Below are positions 36,620 through 49,521 of a stretch of 64,000 nt of DNA, in pieces; positions within the stretch are counted from its first letter, which is position 1, and each line of letters starts with the position of its first letter. A program made the translations under genes and the position numbers. The notes below the pieces were generated by a model. The model saw only the letters and a program-made list of their open reading frames with translations, did not search any database and was not told where the DNA came from. The DNA comes from Eledone cirrhosa (taxonomy: Eukaryota): the NCBI GenBank assembly GCA_964016885.1, contig CAXHJY010001768.1, forward strand, positions 1 through 64,000, given 5' to 3'.

Positions 36620-37860
36620 GTGGTGGCAGTGGTGGAGTGTTAGATGTAGTGATGAGGTTGGTGGTGGTGGTGGTTATGATGGTGGTGGTGGTGACAGTGG
36701 TGGTGGTGGTGGTGGCGGTGGTGGTAATGATGGTGGTGGTGGTGGTTATGATGGTGGTGGTGGTGACAGTGGTGGTATGGTGGTGACAGTGGTGGTGATG
36801 GTGGTGGTGGTGGTGATGGTGACAGTGGTGGTGATGGTGGTAGTAGTGGTGGTGGTAGTGGTGATGTTGGTGATGGTGATGGTAGTGGTGGTGGTAGTGG
36901 TAATGGTGATGGTAGTGGTGGTGGTAGTGGTGATGGTGGTGGTGGTAGAGGCAGTAGCAGTAGTGATGATGCCAGTAATGGTAGTGGTGGTCAGTAGGGG
37001 CTATAATGATGGTGGTGATGATAGTAGTAATGATAATGGCTGAAGTGGTAATGGTGGTGGTGGAGACATGATAGTAGAGGTTGAAGTAGTGTCGTAGGGT
37101 GGGTAGTAGATGTATGGTAACATTAGTAGAGGTGGTAGTGGTGTGGTAGGGTGGGTAGTAGGTGGTAGTGGTGTGGTAGAGGTGGTAGTGGTGTGGTAGG
37201 GTGGGTAGTAGAGGTGGTAGTGGTGTGGTAGGGTGGGTAGTAGAGGTGGTAGTGGTGTGGTAGGGTGGGTAGTAGGTGGTAGTGGTGTGGTAGGGTGGGT
37301 AGTAGAGGTGGTAGTGGTGTGGTAGGGTGGGTAGTAGAGGTGGTAGTGGTGTGGTAGGGTGGGTAGTAGAGGTGGTAGTGGTGTGGTAGAGGTGGTAGTG
37401 GTGTGGTAGGTGGCTAGTAGAGGTGGTAGTGGTGTGGTAGGGTGGGTAGTAGAGGTGGTAGTGGTGTGGCAGGGTGGGTAGTAGAGGTGGTAGTGGTGTG
37501 GTAGGGGGGACAGCTGTTGACATTTTGGACTATGTACTCATTATCAATGGTTATATAATCTAAGCATTAATTGTGGTAGTGGGGGATGTAGTGGTGGTGG
37601 TGCTGTCTTGTTTGTGGTGATGGTGGTGGTGTTGTCTTGGTTGTGGTGATGGTGGTGGTTGTGGTGATGTTGTTGTCTTGGTTGTGGTGATGGTGATAGT
37701 GGTGTTGTTTTGGTAGTTGTGATGGTCGTGTTGCTGTGTTGGTTGTGGTGTTAGCGGTGGTGTCTTGATAGTGGTGATGGTGGTGGTGGCGGCGGTGGTG
37801 TATTGGTAGTGGTAGTGGTGATGGTGGTGTTGTTGTCTTGGTAGTAGTGGTGGTGTTGTC
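36620..37860. repeat. GGT-rich low complexity including a ~32-bp minisatellite (37125-37505)
   Basis: GTAGAGGTGGTAGTGGTGTGGTAGGGTGGGTA units. Confidence 0.85.
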
Positions 37861-37902
37861 TTCATTTCAGTCGAAAATTGTTGTGTTCATATATAAAACA
37901 CA

Positions 37903-39078
37903 TAATTGTTTCTACTTTTGGCACAAGGCCAGCAATAACCCAGTGTATTACTGGTACTTTATTTTATCAACCCCGTAAGGATGAAAGGCAAAGTTAACCT
38001 CGGGCGGGATTTGAACTCAGATCATAAAGGGACGTAACTCTATGCTTCAAAGCATGGTGTCCGACTATAATATCAGTACAACATCTGTACACACATTTTA
38101 CAAGCTAACTAAGTCTATGTTCAGTTATTCTGTATGCTAGAAACAGCAGCTAAATCTGAAATAATATCATATTGTCTTTAAAAAAAGTAAGGACATATTG
38201 ATCATATAGTGCTAGATATATTTAAAAAAAAAAAAAGACATGGTGGTCCTGGCTGGAACCTCTTTGATAATAAGGATTCCACTGCTCAGGATTGACAAAC
38301 CTAACACTTACCTGAAACAAACAAAAAGAAAATAATAATCACCACCACCACCACCACCATCATCATATTAGTAGTAGTACTACTAGTGGTCAGAGTGGAC
38401 GTGGCATTTTTGTGGGATTTCTCCATGAGTGACCCTCAGAAGTCTGTGCTCCACTCCCCACCGCCACCACATTGTGGAATTTACTTTTGTTTGATTCCTC
38501 AACATGTTTGTTGTTATTGTTATCACACTTTTTACACACAACCCCACCACCACCACCAGCCCCACCACCACCACCACCACCACCACCACCACCACTACCA
38601 CCATCAACATTGTACTAACCTGGGCCATCTTTAATGCCTTCTTCATGTCAGCCCTGTAAGGCCACTAATAATAAGGGTTTCTGATTTAGGCACAAGGCCA
38701 ACAATTTCAGGGGAGATGAAAGTCGATTATATCGACCCCAGTGCGTTACTGGTACTTTATTTTATCGACCCCGTAAAGATAAAAGGCAAAGCTAACCATG
38801 GCCCGATTTGAACTCAGAACGTAAAGAGCCTGTACTGCAAAGCATGGTGTCCGATGCTCTACTGATTCTGCCAATCTACCGCCCTTGTGTGGCCGATAAT
38901 AATAATTGGTAGAGGGTCGGACGCCATGCTTTGCAGCAAAGAGTTACGTCCCTTTATGGTCTGAGTTCAAATCCCGCCAAGGTTAACTTTGCCTTTCATC
39001 TTTACGGGGTCGATAAAATAAAGTACCAGTAATGCACTGGGATAATTGCTGGCCTTGTGCCAAATGTAGAAACAATTA
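37903..39078. mobile_element. Cluster of three Nin-like SINE copies: 37903-38064 (-), 38668-38883 (-), 38907-39078 (+)
   Basis: Each matches the family consensus. Confidence 0.8.
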
Positions 39079-40110
39079 ATATTATTATTACTTAGATAAT
39101 ACATCATTAATGTGGATATAAGTTGTAACGATGAAAGAATGGTATTTAACTAATGTAATGGTACACGATGGGGCCCACCCACAGCCCCGGCGGACAGAAT
39201 GGAGAAGGCGTTTCCCCGGAGGACGGCAAGGGAGACGCACTGGAAAAGCCACTCCAACTCGCGGGGCTCACACCTGCAGCTGGCCAGCTCAGCGCCTATG
39301 GTGGTGAGTAAGGAGGTAGCCCTGGGGCCGAGGACACCAGAAGTTTCCACTGCCAGGGGAACGACTGCAAACCTGTCGGAGAGCGACCGGTATTTGAGAA
39401 GTTTGGCCCCCTCAGCCCGACGTGCAGCAGAACCTGGGTCAGTCGCAGACTGCACCAGGTTGCGGCTGCAGAAAGTATCGGTGCAAGTGGCATCCCAGAC
39501 GAAGGGTTTGCCACCGCGGAACGGGAAGATGGTCATGCCATCTGGCCTTTTGCCATCCCCTCAATTCAGCCCCACCGGCTCAAGCTGGGAAGGGAAGCCT
39601 GCAGCGTCCAAGCCATGCTTAATGACCTCGTTGAGGGCAGTATGGCGTGGAATGCGGACGGCACTGTGGCGACAGGAAAGCGGGTGGAGGCCGAAAGAGT
39701 CCACGGTGGAACCGCAGCGACATTGGTGTGGCTGGCAGATCCGGAGGCCGAGCCTCAGGGAAACGTTGATTGGCAGGCAATGGTTGTCTAGCTGCATGCC
39801 AGTGGAGAAGGAGGGCAGAGCATGGAGCCAGGCACCACTGTGGGGTTTGGAGGCCGCACGGAAACAAGCAAGGCGGTGCTGGTCGAGCTGGCGCGTGAGC
39901 CTGTATGAGGCCAGGCTGCACTGGATGGCATCCCAAGTGCGTTAGGGGGACTTGACGTCAACAGGCGGCCTCACGTTCTCTGAACACAGATGGTTCTGTT
40001 GTGTTTTGAAGAACCCTGCTGACAAGGACGCGGCATAAGGTTACCGACGAAAGATACGCCGGCAAAGCTAGTGAGATCGGGGATCGGAGGCCTAGGCCAC
40101 CATACCTGAC
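39079..40110 (-). pseudogene. 3' fragment of a CRE-clade non-LTR retrotransposon (CCHC + restriction-like endonuclease), GC-rich
   Basis: Minus strand reads CRCG..DSFGLHPLSC, RH, EP, KRPDG, WDATC, AE..K..KY, PLAVETSG, SLAVLRGNA. (TAA)n tail near 39080. Confidence 0.8.
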
Positions 40111-41540
40111 CGGTTAGAGCACATTATGTTTTGGGTTTTAATCCCGCAGGGGTTAGCTTTGCTTTTCATCCTTATAAGGTTCATAAAATAAAGCACCAGT
40201 AATGCTCTGGCATCGATTTAATCAACTTTCCTCTCCCTCCTAATTGTTGGCAGTGTGCCTAAATCAGAAAACATTATTATCATTATTATTTTTGATATTT
40301 CTATCTTGTTATAACCTTTTTTACACAGCCAAAACCCACTTTGTATTGTCCTGTACCATTCTGTGCCGTCTCTAATGTTTTTCTTCATGTTAGCCCTTAT
40401 GGCCAATAAAGAAACCATTATTATCATCCCTTTCCATTCTGAGTTCAAATCCCGCCGAGGTTAACTATGCCTTTCATCCTTACGGGGGTCGATAAAATAA
40501 AGTACCAGTAATGCTGGCCTTGTGCCAAAAGTAGAAACAATTATTTTGTTACAGCTTTCTACATTCTGGGTTCAAATCCTGTTGAGGTCAACTATGCCTG
40601 TCATCCTTCTGGGGATGGTGGTGGTGGTGGTAGTTGGTGCTGTAGTGGTGATTGTGGTTGTAGTGGTGGTTGTGGTTGTAGTGGTGATGGCTGTGATGAT
40701 GGTATTGGTAAAGGCAGTAGTGGTGACGGTTGTGGTGGTTGTAGTGGGGGCTGTAATGGTGGTAGTGGTGTGGTAGGGTGGGTAGTAGAGTACCAGTAAA
40801 ATACTGGGATTGATTTAATCAACTTCCCGTTCCCCCAAATTGCAGGCATTGTGCCTAAATTATAAATCATTATTACTTGGCAGTATCGGTAGAGGGTCAG
40901 ACACCATACTTTGAGGCATAGAGTTACGGGCCTTGCCATTTGAGTTTAAATCCCGCCGAGGTTAACTTTACCTTTCATTCTTACGAGGTCGATAAAATAA
41001 AGTACCAGTAATGTACTGGGATAATTACTGGCCTTGTGCCAAAAGTAGAAACAATTATTACTATTATTAGACTACTGAGTTGGCAGAATGACTAGAGTGC
41101 CAGACAAAATGCTTTATGGTATTTCTTTGGGCTCTTTATGTGCTGAGTTCAAACTCCACAAAATCAACTTTGCCTTTTATCTCTCCAGGGTCAATAAAAT
41201 ACAGTGCCAGTAGTGTACTGGGGTCGATCTGATTGACTTTCCCCTCTCCAAATTACTGGCCTGGTTCATCGTTATTATTATTATTATTATTATTATTAAC
41301 AAAGGTGGTGGATTGGCAGTATTGGTAGAGGGTCGGACGCCATGCTTTGCAGCATAGAGTTGTGGCCCTTTACGGTCTGAGTTCAAATCTCGCCGAGGTT
41401 AACTTTGCCTTTCATCCTTACAGGGTCGATAAAATAATAAAATAAAGCACCAGTAATGCACTGAGGTTTATTTAATTGACTACCCCGCCCCCCCCCCCAA
41501 AAAAAAGTGTTGGCCTTGTGCCTAAATCTGAAACCCTTAT
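40110..41540 (+). mobile_element. Cluster of about 6 Nin-like SINE copies and fragments
   Basis: Consensus motifs recur at about 40110, 40434, 40550/40787, 40876, 41074 and 41302. Confidence 0.75.
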
Positions 41541-41775
41541 AATTATTATTATTATTATTATCAAGTCATATGACCTCAAACATCAAGTACCTTCTGCAGG
41601 ATTGGTTGGGAATTCCAAGAAGTCCTAATTTCTATAAAGACACCATGATAGGTATTATATTTAGCTTGTTGAGACATGTTAGTTTGTTAGGAATGGAGCC
41701 AAATTCACCAGTTACTATAGGTACAACCTTAGCTCTTGGATTCCATGTTCTTGAAATTTTCAACTGTAAATGATT
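41541..41775 (-). pseudogene. 3' fragment of an R4/Dong-like RLE non-LTR retrotransposon
   Basis: Minus strand reads LQLKISRTWNPRAKVVPIVTGEFGSIP...KLGLLG, resembling the R4/Dong C-terminus, and ends in (TAA)n. Confidence 0.6.
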
Positions 41776-41909
41776 ATCCATTTCTTTTTTAATGTTCTTT
41801 GCTAGCTATATTGAGAAGTTAAGGGCCGAAACACTTGATTGAGGGAGAGGGGCTTCTTCTCTAAAGACCTTCTGCTGTCCAGCTCTCCTAAGAGTTCCTT
41901 ACCACCACT

Positions 41910-42157
41910 GAACATCTATAATGTCACATCTTTGCTAGCTATATTGTGTATTGTGATCACCAGAGCTATCTACTTCTATAATGTCACATTTTTGCTAGCT
42001 ATATTGTGTATTGTGATCAGCAAGAATGGCTACATCTATAATGTCACATCTTTATTAGCTATACTGTGATTACCAGAGGTATTTACATCTATATAGTAAC
42101 ATCTTTGTTAGCTATATTGTGATCACCAATTATGGCTACATCTATCATGTCACATCT
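41910..42157. repeat. Degenerate tandem repeat of about 50-60 bp, about 5 copies
   Basis: ACATCTATAATGTCACATCTTTGCTAGCTATATTGTG...ATCA recurs. Confidence 0.8.
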
Positions 42158-42569
42158 TCAGGCCTCTTAACCACAATAACATCTACTTGACACTGCTCCA
42201 TCACTATTAGTTTGGATATGAAAATCCCAGAAAATTTCTACAGATTTGTTGTTATGTAACAGTTAGAGAAATAGCAAATCACATTAACCCCTGGGTCACT
42301 GTCACCTTTATAAAGCAATATGGGCACATAAGTGCCAAAGTAACGAGAAATAGGTGGTCGGCAGGAGTTAGTATGGACTTGCAAGTCCTCATGGCCCCTT
42401 GGCACTAATGCCGCTTTATGGGTCCTAAGGCAACAGTGACAAGACTGACAGTAAATGGCAGAAAGCCCAATTGTCACACCTTGTGGCAGCAAAAGCCATT
42501 TAACAGCTTTCTTCTCTAATGGGGCTGAAAACAGAGCCAAATAATGAGCAGGTTCCTGTGGTTATTGTT

Positions 42570-45500
42570 CCAGTAATACAGTCAGTCATAGCACCAGTTC
42601 CTTTTCTGTCATAGCACCAGTAATACAGTCAGTCATAGCACCAGTAATACAGTTAGTCATAACACCAGTTCATTTTCTATCATAGCACCAGTAATACAGT
42701 CAGTCATAGCACCAGTTCCTTTTCTGTCATAGCACTAGTAATACAGTCAGTCATAGCACCAGTTCCTTTTCTGTCATAGCACAAGTAATACAGTCAGTCA
42801 TAGCACCAGTTCCTTTTCTGTCATAGCACTAGTAATACAGTCAGTCATAGCACCAGTTCCTTTTCTGTCATAGCACCAGTAATACAGTCAGTCATAGCAC
42901 CAGTTCCTTTTCTGTCATAGCACAAGTAATACAGTCAGTCATAGCACCAGTTCCTTTTCTGTCATAGCACTAGTAATACAGTCAGTCATAGCACCAGTTC
43001 CTTTTCTGTCATAGCACTAGTAATACAGTCAGTCATAGCACCAGTTCCTTTTCTGTCATAGCACTAGTAATACAGTCAGTCATAGCACCAGTTCCTTTTC
43101 TGTCAAAGCACCAGTAATACAGTCAGTCATAGCACCAGTTCCTTTTCTGTCATAGCACCAGTAATACAGTCAGTCATAGCACCAGTTCCTTTTCTGTCAT
43201 AGCACTAGTAATACAGTCAGTCATAGCACCAGTTCCTTTTCTGTCATAGCACTAGTAATACAGTCAGTCATAGCACCAGTTCCTTTTCTGTCATAGCACT
43301 AGTAATACAGTCAGTCATAGCACCAGTTCCTTTTCTGTCATAGCACCAGTAATACAGTCAGTCATAGCACCAGTTCCTTTTCTGTCATAGCACCAGTAAT
43401 ACAGTCAGTCATAGCACCAGTTCCTTTTCTGTCATAGCACTAGTAATACAGTCAGTCATAGCACCAGTTCCTTTTCTGTCATAGCACTAGTAATACAGTC
43501 AGTCATAGCACCAGTTCCTTTTCTGTCATAGCACCAGTAATACAGTCAGTCATAGCACCAGTTCCTTTTCTGTCATAGCACTAGTAATACAGTCAGTCAT
43601 AGCACCAGTTCCTTTTCTGTCATAGCACCAGTAATACAGTCAGTCATAGCACCAGTTCCTTTTCTGTCATAGCACCAGTAATACAGTCAGTCATAGCACC
43701 AGTTCCTTTTCTGTCATAGCACTAGTAATACAGTCAGTCATAGCACCAGTTCCTTTTCTGTCATAGCACTAGTAATACAGTCAGTCATAGCACCAGTTCC
43801 TTTTCTGTCATAGCACCAGTAATACAGTCAGTCATAGCACCAGTTCCTTTTCTGTCATAGCACTAGTAATACAGTCAGTCATAGCACCAGTTCCTTTTCT
43901 GTCATAGCACCAGTAATACAGTCAGTCATAGCACCAGTTCCTTTTCTGTCATAGCACAAGTAATACAGTCAGTCATAGCACCAGTTCCTTTTCTGTCATA
44001 GCACTAGTAATACAGTCAGTCATAGCACCAGTTCCTTTTCTGTCATAGCACCAGTAATACAGTCAGTCATAGCACCAGTTCCTTTTCTGTCATAGCACTA
44101 GTAATACAGTCAGTCATAGCACCAGTTCCTTTTCTGTCATAGCACTAGTAATACAGTCAGTCATAGCACCAGTTCCTTTTCTGTCATAGCACCAGTAATA
44201 CAGTCAGTCATAGCACCAGTTCCTTTTCTGTCATAGCACTAGTAATACAGTCAGTCATAGCACCAGTTCCTTTTCTGTCATAGCACCAGTAATACAGTCA
44301 GTCATAGCACCAGTTCCTTTTCTGTCATAGCACCAGTAATACAGTCAGTCATAGCACCAGTTCCTTTTCTGTCATAGCACTAGTAATACAGTCAGTCATA
44401 GCACCAGTTCCTTTTCTGTCATAGCACTAGTAATACAGTCAGTCATAGCACCAGTTCCTTTTCTGTCATAGCACCAGTAATACAGTCAGTCATAGCACCA
44501 GTTCCTTTTCTGTCATAGCACTAGTAATACAGTCAGTCATAGCACCAGTTCCTTTTCTGTCATAGCACCAGTAATACAGTCAGTCATAGCACCAGTTCCT
44601 TTTCTGTCATAGCACCAGTAATACAGTCAGTCATAGCACCAGTTCCTTTTCTGTCATAGCACTAGTAATACAGTCAGTCATAGCACCAGTTCCTTTTCTG
44701 TCATAGCACCAGTAATACAGTTAGTCATAACACCAGTTCCTTTTCTGTCATAGCACCAGTAATACAGTCAGTCATAGCACCAGTTCCTTTTCTGTCATAG
44801 CACTAGTAATACAGTCAGTCATAGCACCAGTTCCTTTTCTGTCATAGCACTAGTAATACAGTCAGTCATAGCACCAGTTCCTTTTCTGTCATAGCACCAG
44901 TAATACAGTCAGTCATAGCACCAGTTCCTTTTCTGTCATAGCACTAGTAATACAGTCAGTCATAGCACAAGTAATACAGTCAGTCATAGCACCAGTTCCT
45001 TTTCTGTCATAGCACTAGTAATACAGTCAGTCATAGCACCAGTTCCTTTTCTGTCATAGCACCAGTAATACAGTTAGTCATAACACCAGTTCCTTTTCTG
45101 TCATAGCACTAGTAATACAGTCAGTCATAGCACCAGTTCCTTTTCTGTCATAGCACTAGTAATACAGTCAGTCATAGCACCAGTTCCTTTTCTGTCATAG
45201 CACCAGTAATATAGTCAGTCATAGCACCAGTAATACAGTCAGTCATAGCACCAGTTCCTTTTCTGTCATAGCACCAGTAATACAGTCAGTCATAGCACTA
45301 GTTCCTTTTCTGTCATAGTACTAGTAATACAGTCAGTCATAGCACCAGTTCCTTTTCTGTCATAGCACTAGTAATACAGTCAGTCATAGCACCAGTTCCT
45401 TTTCTGTCATAGCACCAGTAATACAGTCAGTCATAGCACCAGTTCCTTTTCTGTCATAGCACCAGTAATACAGTCAGTCATAGCACCAGTTCCTTTTCTG

Positions 45501-48500
45501 TCATAGCACTAGTAATACAGTCAGTCATAGCACCAGTTCCTTTTCTGTCATAGCACTAGTAATACAGTCAGTCATAGCACCAGTTCCTTTTCTGTCATAG
45601 CACTAGTAATACAGTCAGTCATAGCACCAGTTCCTTTTCTGTCATAGCACCAGTAATACAGTCAGTCATAGCACCAGTTCCTTTTCTGTCATAGCACCAG
45701 TAATACAGTCAGTCATAGCACCAGTTCCTTTTCTGTCATAGCACTAGTAATACAGTCAGTCATAGCACCAGTTCCTTTTCTGTCATAGCACTAGTAATAC
45801 AGTCAGTCATAGCACCAGTTCCTTTTCTGTCATAGCACCAGTAATACAGTCAGTCATAGCACCAGTTCCTTTTCTGTCATAGCACTAGTAATACAGTCAG
45901 TCATAGCACCAGTTCCTTTTCTGTCATAGCACCAGTAATACAGTCAGTCATAGCACCAGTTCCTTTTCTGTCATAGCACAAGTAATACAGTCAGTCATAG
46001 CACCAGTTCCTTTTCTGTCATAGCACTAGTAATACAGTCAGTCATAGCACCAGTTCCTTTTCTGTCATAGCACCAGTAATACAGTCAGTCATAGCACCAG
46101 TTCCTTTTCTGTCATAGCACTAGTAATACAGTCAGTCATAGCACCAGTTCCTTTTCTGTCATAGCACTAGTAATACAGTCAGTCATAGCACCAGTTCCTT
46201 TTCTGTCATAGCACCAGTAATACAGTCAGTCATAGCACCAGTTCCTTTTCTGTCATAGCACTAGTAATACAGTCAGTCATAGCACCAGTTCCTTTTCTGT
46301 CATAGCACCAGTAATACAGTCAGTCATAGCACCAGTTCCTTTTCTGTCATAGCACCAGTAATACAGTCAGTCATAGCACCAGTTCCTTTTCTGTCATAGC
46401 ACTAGTAATACAGTCAGTCATAGCACCAGTTCCTTTTCTGTCATAGCACTAGTAATACAGTCAGTCATAGCACCAGTTCCTTTTCTGTCATAGCACCAGT
46501 AATACAGTCAGTCATAGCACCAGTTCCTTTTCTGTCATAGCACTAGTAATACAGTCAGTCATAGCACCAGTTCCTTTTCTGTCATAGCACCAGTAATACA
46601 GTCAGTCATAGCACCAGTTCCTTTTCTGTCATAGCACCAGTAATACAGTCAGTCATAGCACCAGTTCCTTTTCTGTCATAGCACTAGTAATACAGTCAGT
46701 CATAGCACCAGTTCCTTTTCTGTCATAGCACCAGTAATACAGTTAGTCATAACACCAGTTCCTTTTCTGTCATAGCACCAGTAATACAGTCAGTCATAGC
46801 ACCAGTTCCTTTTCTGTCATAGCACTAGTAATACAGTCAGTCATAGCACCAGTTCCTTTTCTGTCATAGCACTAGTAATACAGTCAGTCATAGCACCAGT
46901 TCCTTTTCTGTCATAGCACCAGTAATACAGTCAGTCATAGCACCAGTTCCTTTTCTGTCATAGCACTAGTAATACAGTCAGTCATAGCACCAGTTCCTTT
47001 TCTGTCATAGCACAAGTAATACAGTCAGTCATAGCACCAGTTCCTTTTCTGTCATAGCACTAGTAATACAGTCAGTCATAGCACCAGTTCCTTTTCTGTC
47101 ATAGCACCAGTAATACAGTTAGTCATAACACCAGTTCCTTTTCTGTCATAGCACTAGTAATACAGTCAGTCATAGCACCAGTTCCTTTTCTGTCATAGCA
47201 CTAGTAATACAGTCAGTCATAGCACCAGTTCCTTTTCTGTCATAGCACCAGTAATACAGTCAGTCATAGCACCAGTAATACAGTCAGTCATAGCACCAGT
47301 TCCTTTTCTGTCATAGCACCAGTAATACAGTCAGTCATAGCACCAGTTCCTTTTCTGTCATAGTACTAGTAATACAGTCAGTCATAGCACCAGTTCCTTT
47401 TCTGTCATAGCACTAGTAATACAGTCAGTCATAGCACCAGTTCCTTTTCTGTCATAGCACCAGTAATACAGTCAGTCATAGCACCAGTTCCTTTTCTGTC
47501 ATAGCACCAGTAATACAGTCAGTCATAGCACCAGTTCCTTTTCTGTCATAGCACCAGTAATACAGTCAGTCATAGCACCATTTCCTTTTCTGTCATAGCA
47601 CTAGTAATACAGTCAGTCATAGCACCAGTTCCTTTTCTGTCATAGCACCAGTAATACAGTCAGTCATAGCACCAGTTCCTTTTCTGTCATAGCACCAGTA
47701 ATACAGTCAGTCATAGCACCAGTTCCTTTTCTGTCATAGCACCAGTAATACAGTCAGTCATAGCACCAGTTCCTTTTCTGTCATAGCACTAGTAATACAG
47801 TCAGTCATAGCACCAGTTCCTTTTCTGTCATAGCACCAGTAATACAGTCAGTCATAGCACCAGTTCCTTTTCTGTCATAGCACCAGTAATACAGTCAGTC
47901 ATAGCACCAGTTCCTTTTCTGCCATAGCACCAGTAATACAGTCAGTCATAGCACCAGTTCCTTTTCTGTCATAGCACTAGTAATACAGTCAGTCATAGCA
48001 CCAGTTCCTTTTCTGTCATAGCACCAGTAATACAGTCAGTCATAGCACCAGTTCATTTTCTGTCATAGCACCAGTAATACAGTCAGTCATAGCACCAATT
48101 CCTTATCTGTCATAGCACCAGTAATACAGTCAGTCATAGCACCAGTTCCTTTTCTGTCATAGCACTAGTAATACAGTCGGTCATAACACCAATTCCTTTT
48201 CTGTCATAGCACCAGTAATACAGTCAGTCATAGCACCAGTTCCTTATCTGTCATAGCACAAGTAATACAGTCAGTCATAGCACCAGTTCCTTTTCTGTCA
48301 TAGCACCAGTAATACAGTCAGTCATAGCACCAATTCCTTATCTGTCATAGCACTAGTAATACAGTCAGTCATAGCACCAGTTCCTTTTCTGTCATAGCAC
48401 CAGTAATACAGTCAGTCATAGCACCAGTTCCTTTTCTGTCATAGCACCAGTAATACAGTCAGTCATAGCACCAGTTCCTTTTCTGTCATAGCACTAGTAA

Positions 48501-49140
48501 TACAGTCAGTCATAGCACCAGTTCCTTTTCTGTCATAGCACCAGTAATACAGTCAGTCATAGCACCAGTTCCTTTTCTGTCATAGCACCAGTAATACAGT
48601 CAGTCATAGCACCAGTTCCTTTTCTGTCATAGCACCAGTAATACAGTCAGTCATAGCACCAGTTCCTTTTCTGTCATAGCACTAGTAATACAGTCAGTCA
48701 TAGCACCAGTTCCTTTTCTGTCATAGCACCAGTAATACAGTCAGTCATAGCACCAGTTCCTTTTCTGTCATAGCACCAGTAATACAGTCAGTCATAGCAC
48801 CAGTTCCTTTTCTGTCATAGCACTAGTAATACAGTCAGTCATAGCACCAGTTCCTTTTCTGTCATAGCACCAGTAATACAGTCAGTCATAGCACCAGTTC
48901 CTTTTCTGTCATAGCACCAGTAATACAGTCAGTCATAGCACCAATTCCTTATCTGTCATAGCACTAGTAATACAGTCAGTCATAGCACCAGTTCCTTTTC
49001 TGTCATAGCACTAGTAATACAGTCAGTCATAGCACCAATTCCTTTTCTGTCATAGCACCAGTAATACAGTCAGTCATAGCACCAATTCCTTTTCTGTCAT
49101 AGCACCAGTAATACAGTCAGTCATAACACCAATTCCTTTT
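42570..49140. repeat. Homogeneous 47-bp minisatellite, about 140 units
   Basis: Unit is GTCATAGCACCAGTTCCTTTTCT (23) plus GTCATAGCAC(C/T/A)AGTAATACAGTCA (24). Confidence 0.97.
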
Positions 49141-49521
49141 CCAGGGATGACAGGAAAATCAACTTCCACCTCAATTACTGAAGCAGAAGATGCAAAGGCA
49201 ACCCTTCCCAATCCTAAGATAGAGAAAGCTACTTCACACATGGACTCCAAGGTAAATGATGCTGAAGTTTCTCATCCTAAGAACACCATCCTATTCATTT
49301 GTGAAAATGAGGACAAAATAGTGGCTGAAAATGGCTGACATAATGTTAGAATCGGATTAGAAAAGAAGAAGAGAAAAACGAAAGGAAAATACCCAGTTCT
49401 ATCAGAAGGTATCTAAAATACAAGTTAAAGTGTTGTTCTTATAAATACAGTCATCAGAATTAGCTAAATTTTGTTTTGCTTAATAAAGTGTCAATTGGAT
49501 AGGACAGCCATGAAATATATG

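Larger units (their letters stand above)
41780..49400 (+). pseudogene. Decayed L1/Tx1-type ORF1 relic hosting the 47-bp array
   Basis: RRM-like NHINPWVTVTFIKQYGHI, frameshifted knuckle VNGRKPNCHT/CGSKSHL (42451-42515), and downstream ENG*HNVRIGLEKKKRK. Confidence 0.45.

Noticed and set aside
18505-37860. Telomeric or subtelomeric repeat interpretation of the G-rich arrays
   Set aside because: There are no tandem TTAGGG units, and the arrays are internal and change polarity.
39199-39945. 248-aa plus-strand ORF
   Set aside because: Antisense shadow of the GC-rich CRE fragment, whose motifs are on the minus strand.
40330-40420. Apparent exon after TTTTTTACACAG
   Set aside because: Similar CTTCATGT.AGCCCT..GGCCA/AATAA ends recur at about 38625 and 38881, so it is a retroelement 3' tail.
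42570-49140. CRISPR-like alternation of a constant 14-mer with spacers
   Set aside because: Only two fixed spacers alternate, there are no cas genes and the context is eukaryotic. It is a minisatellite.
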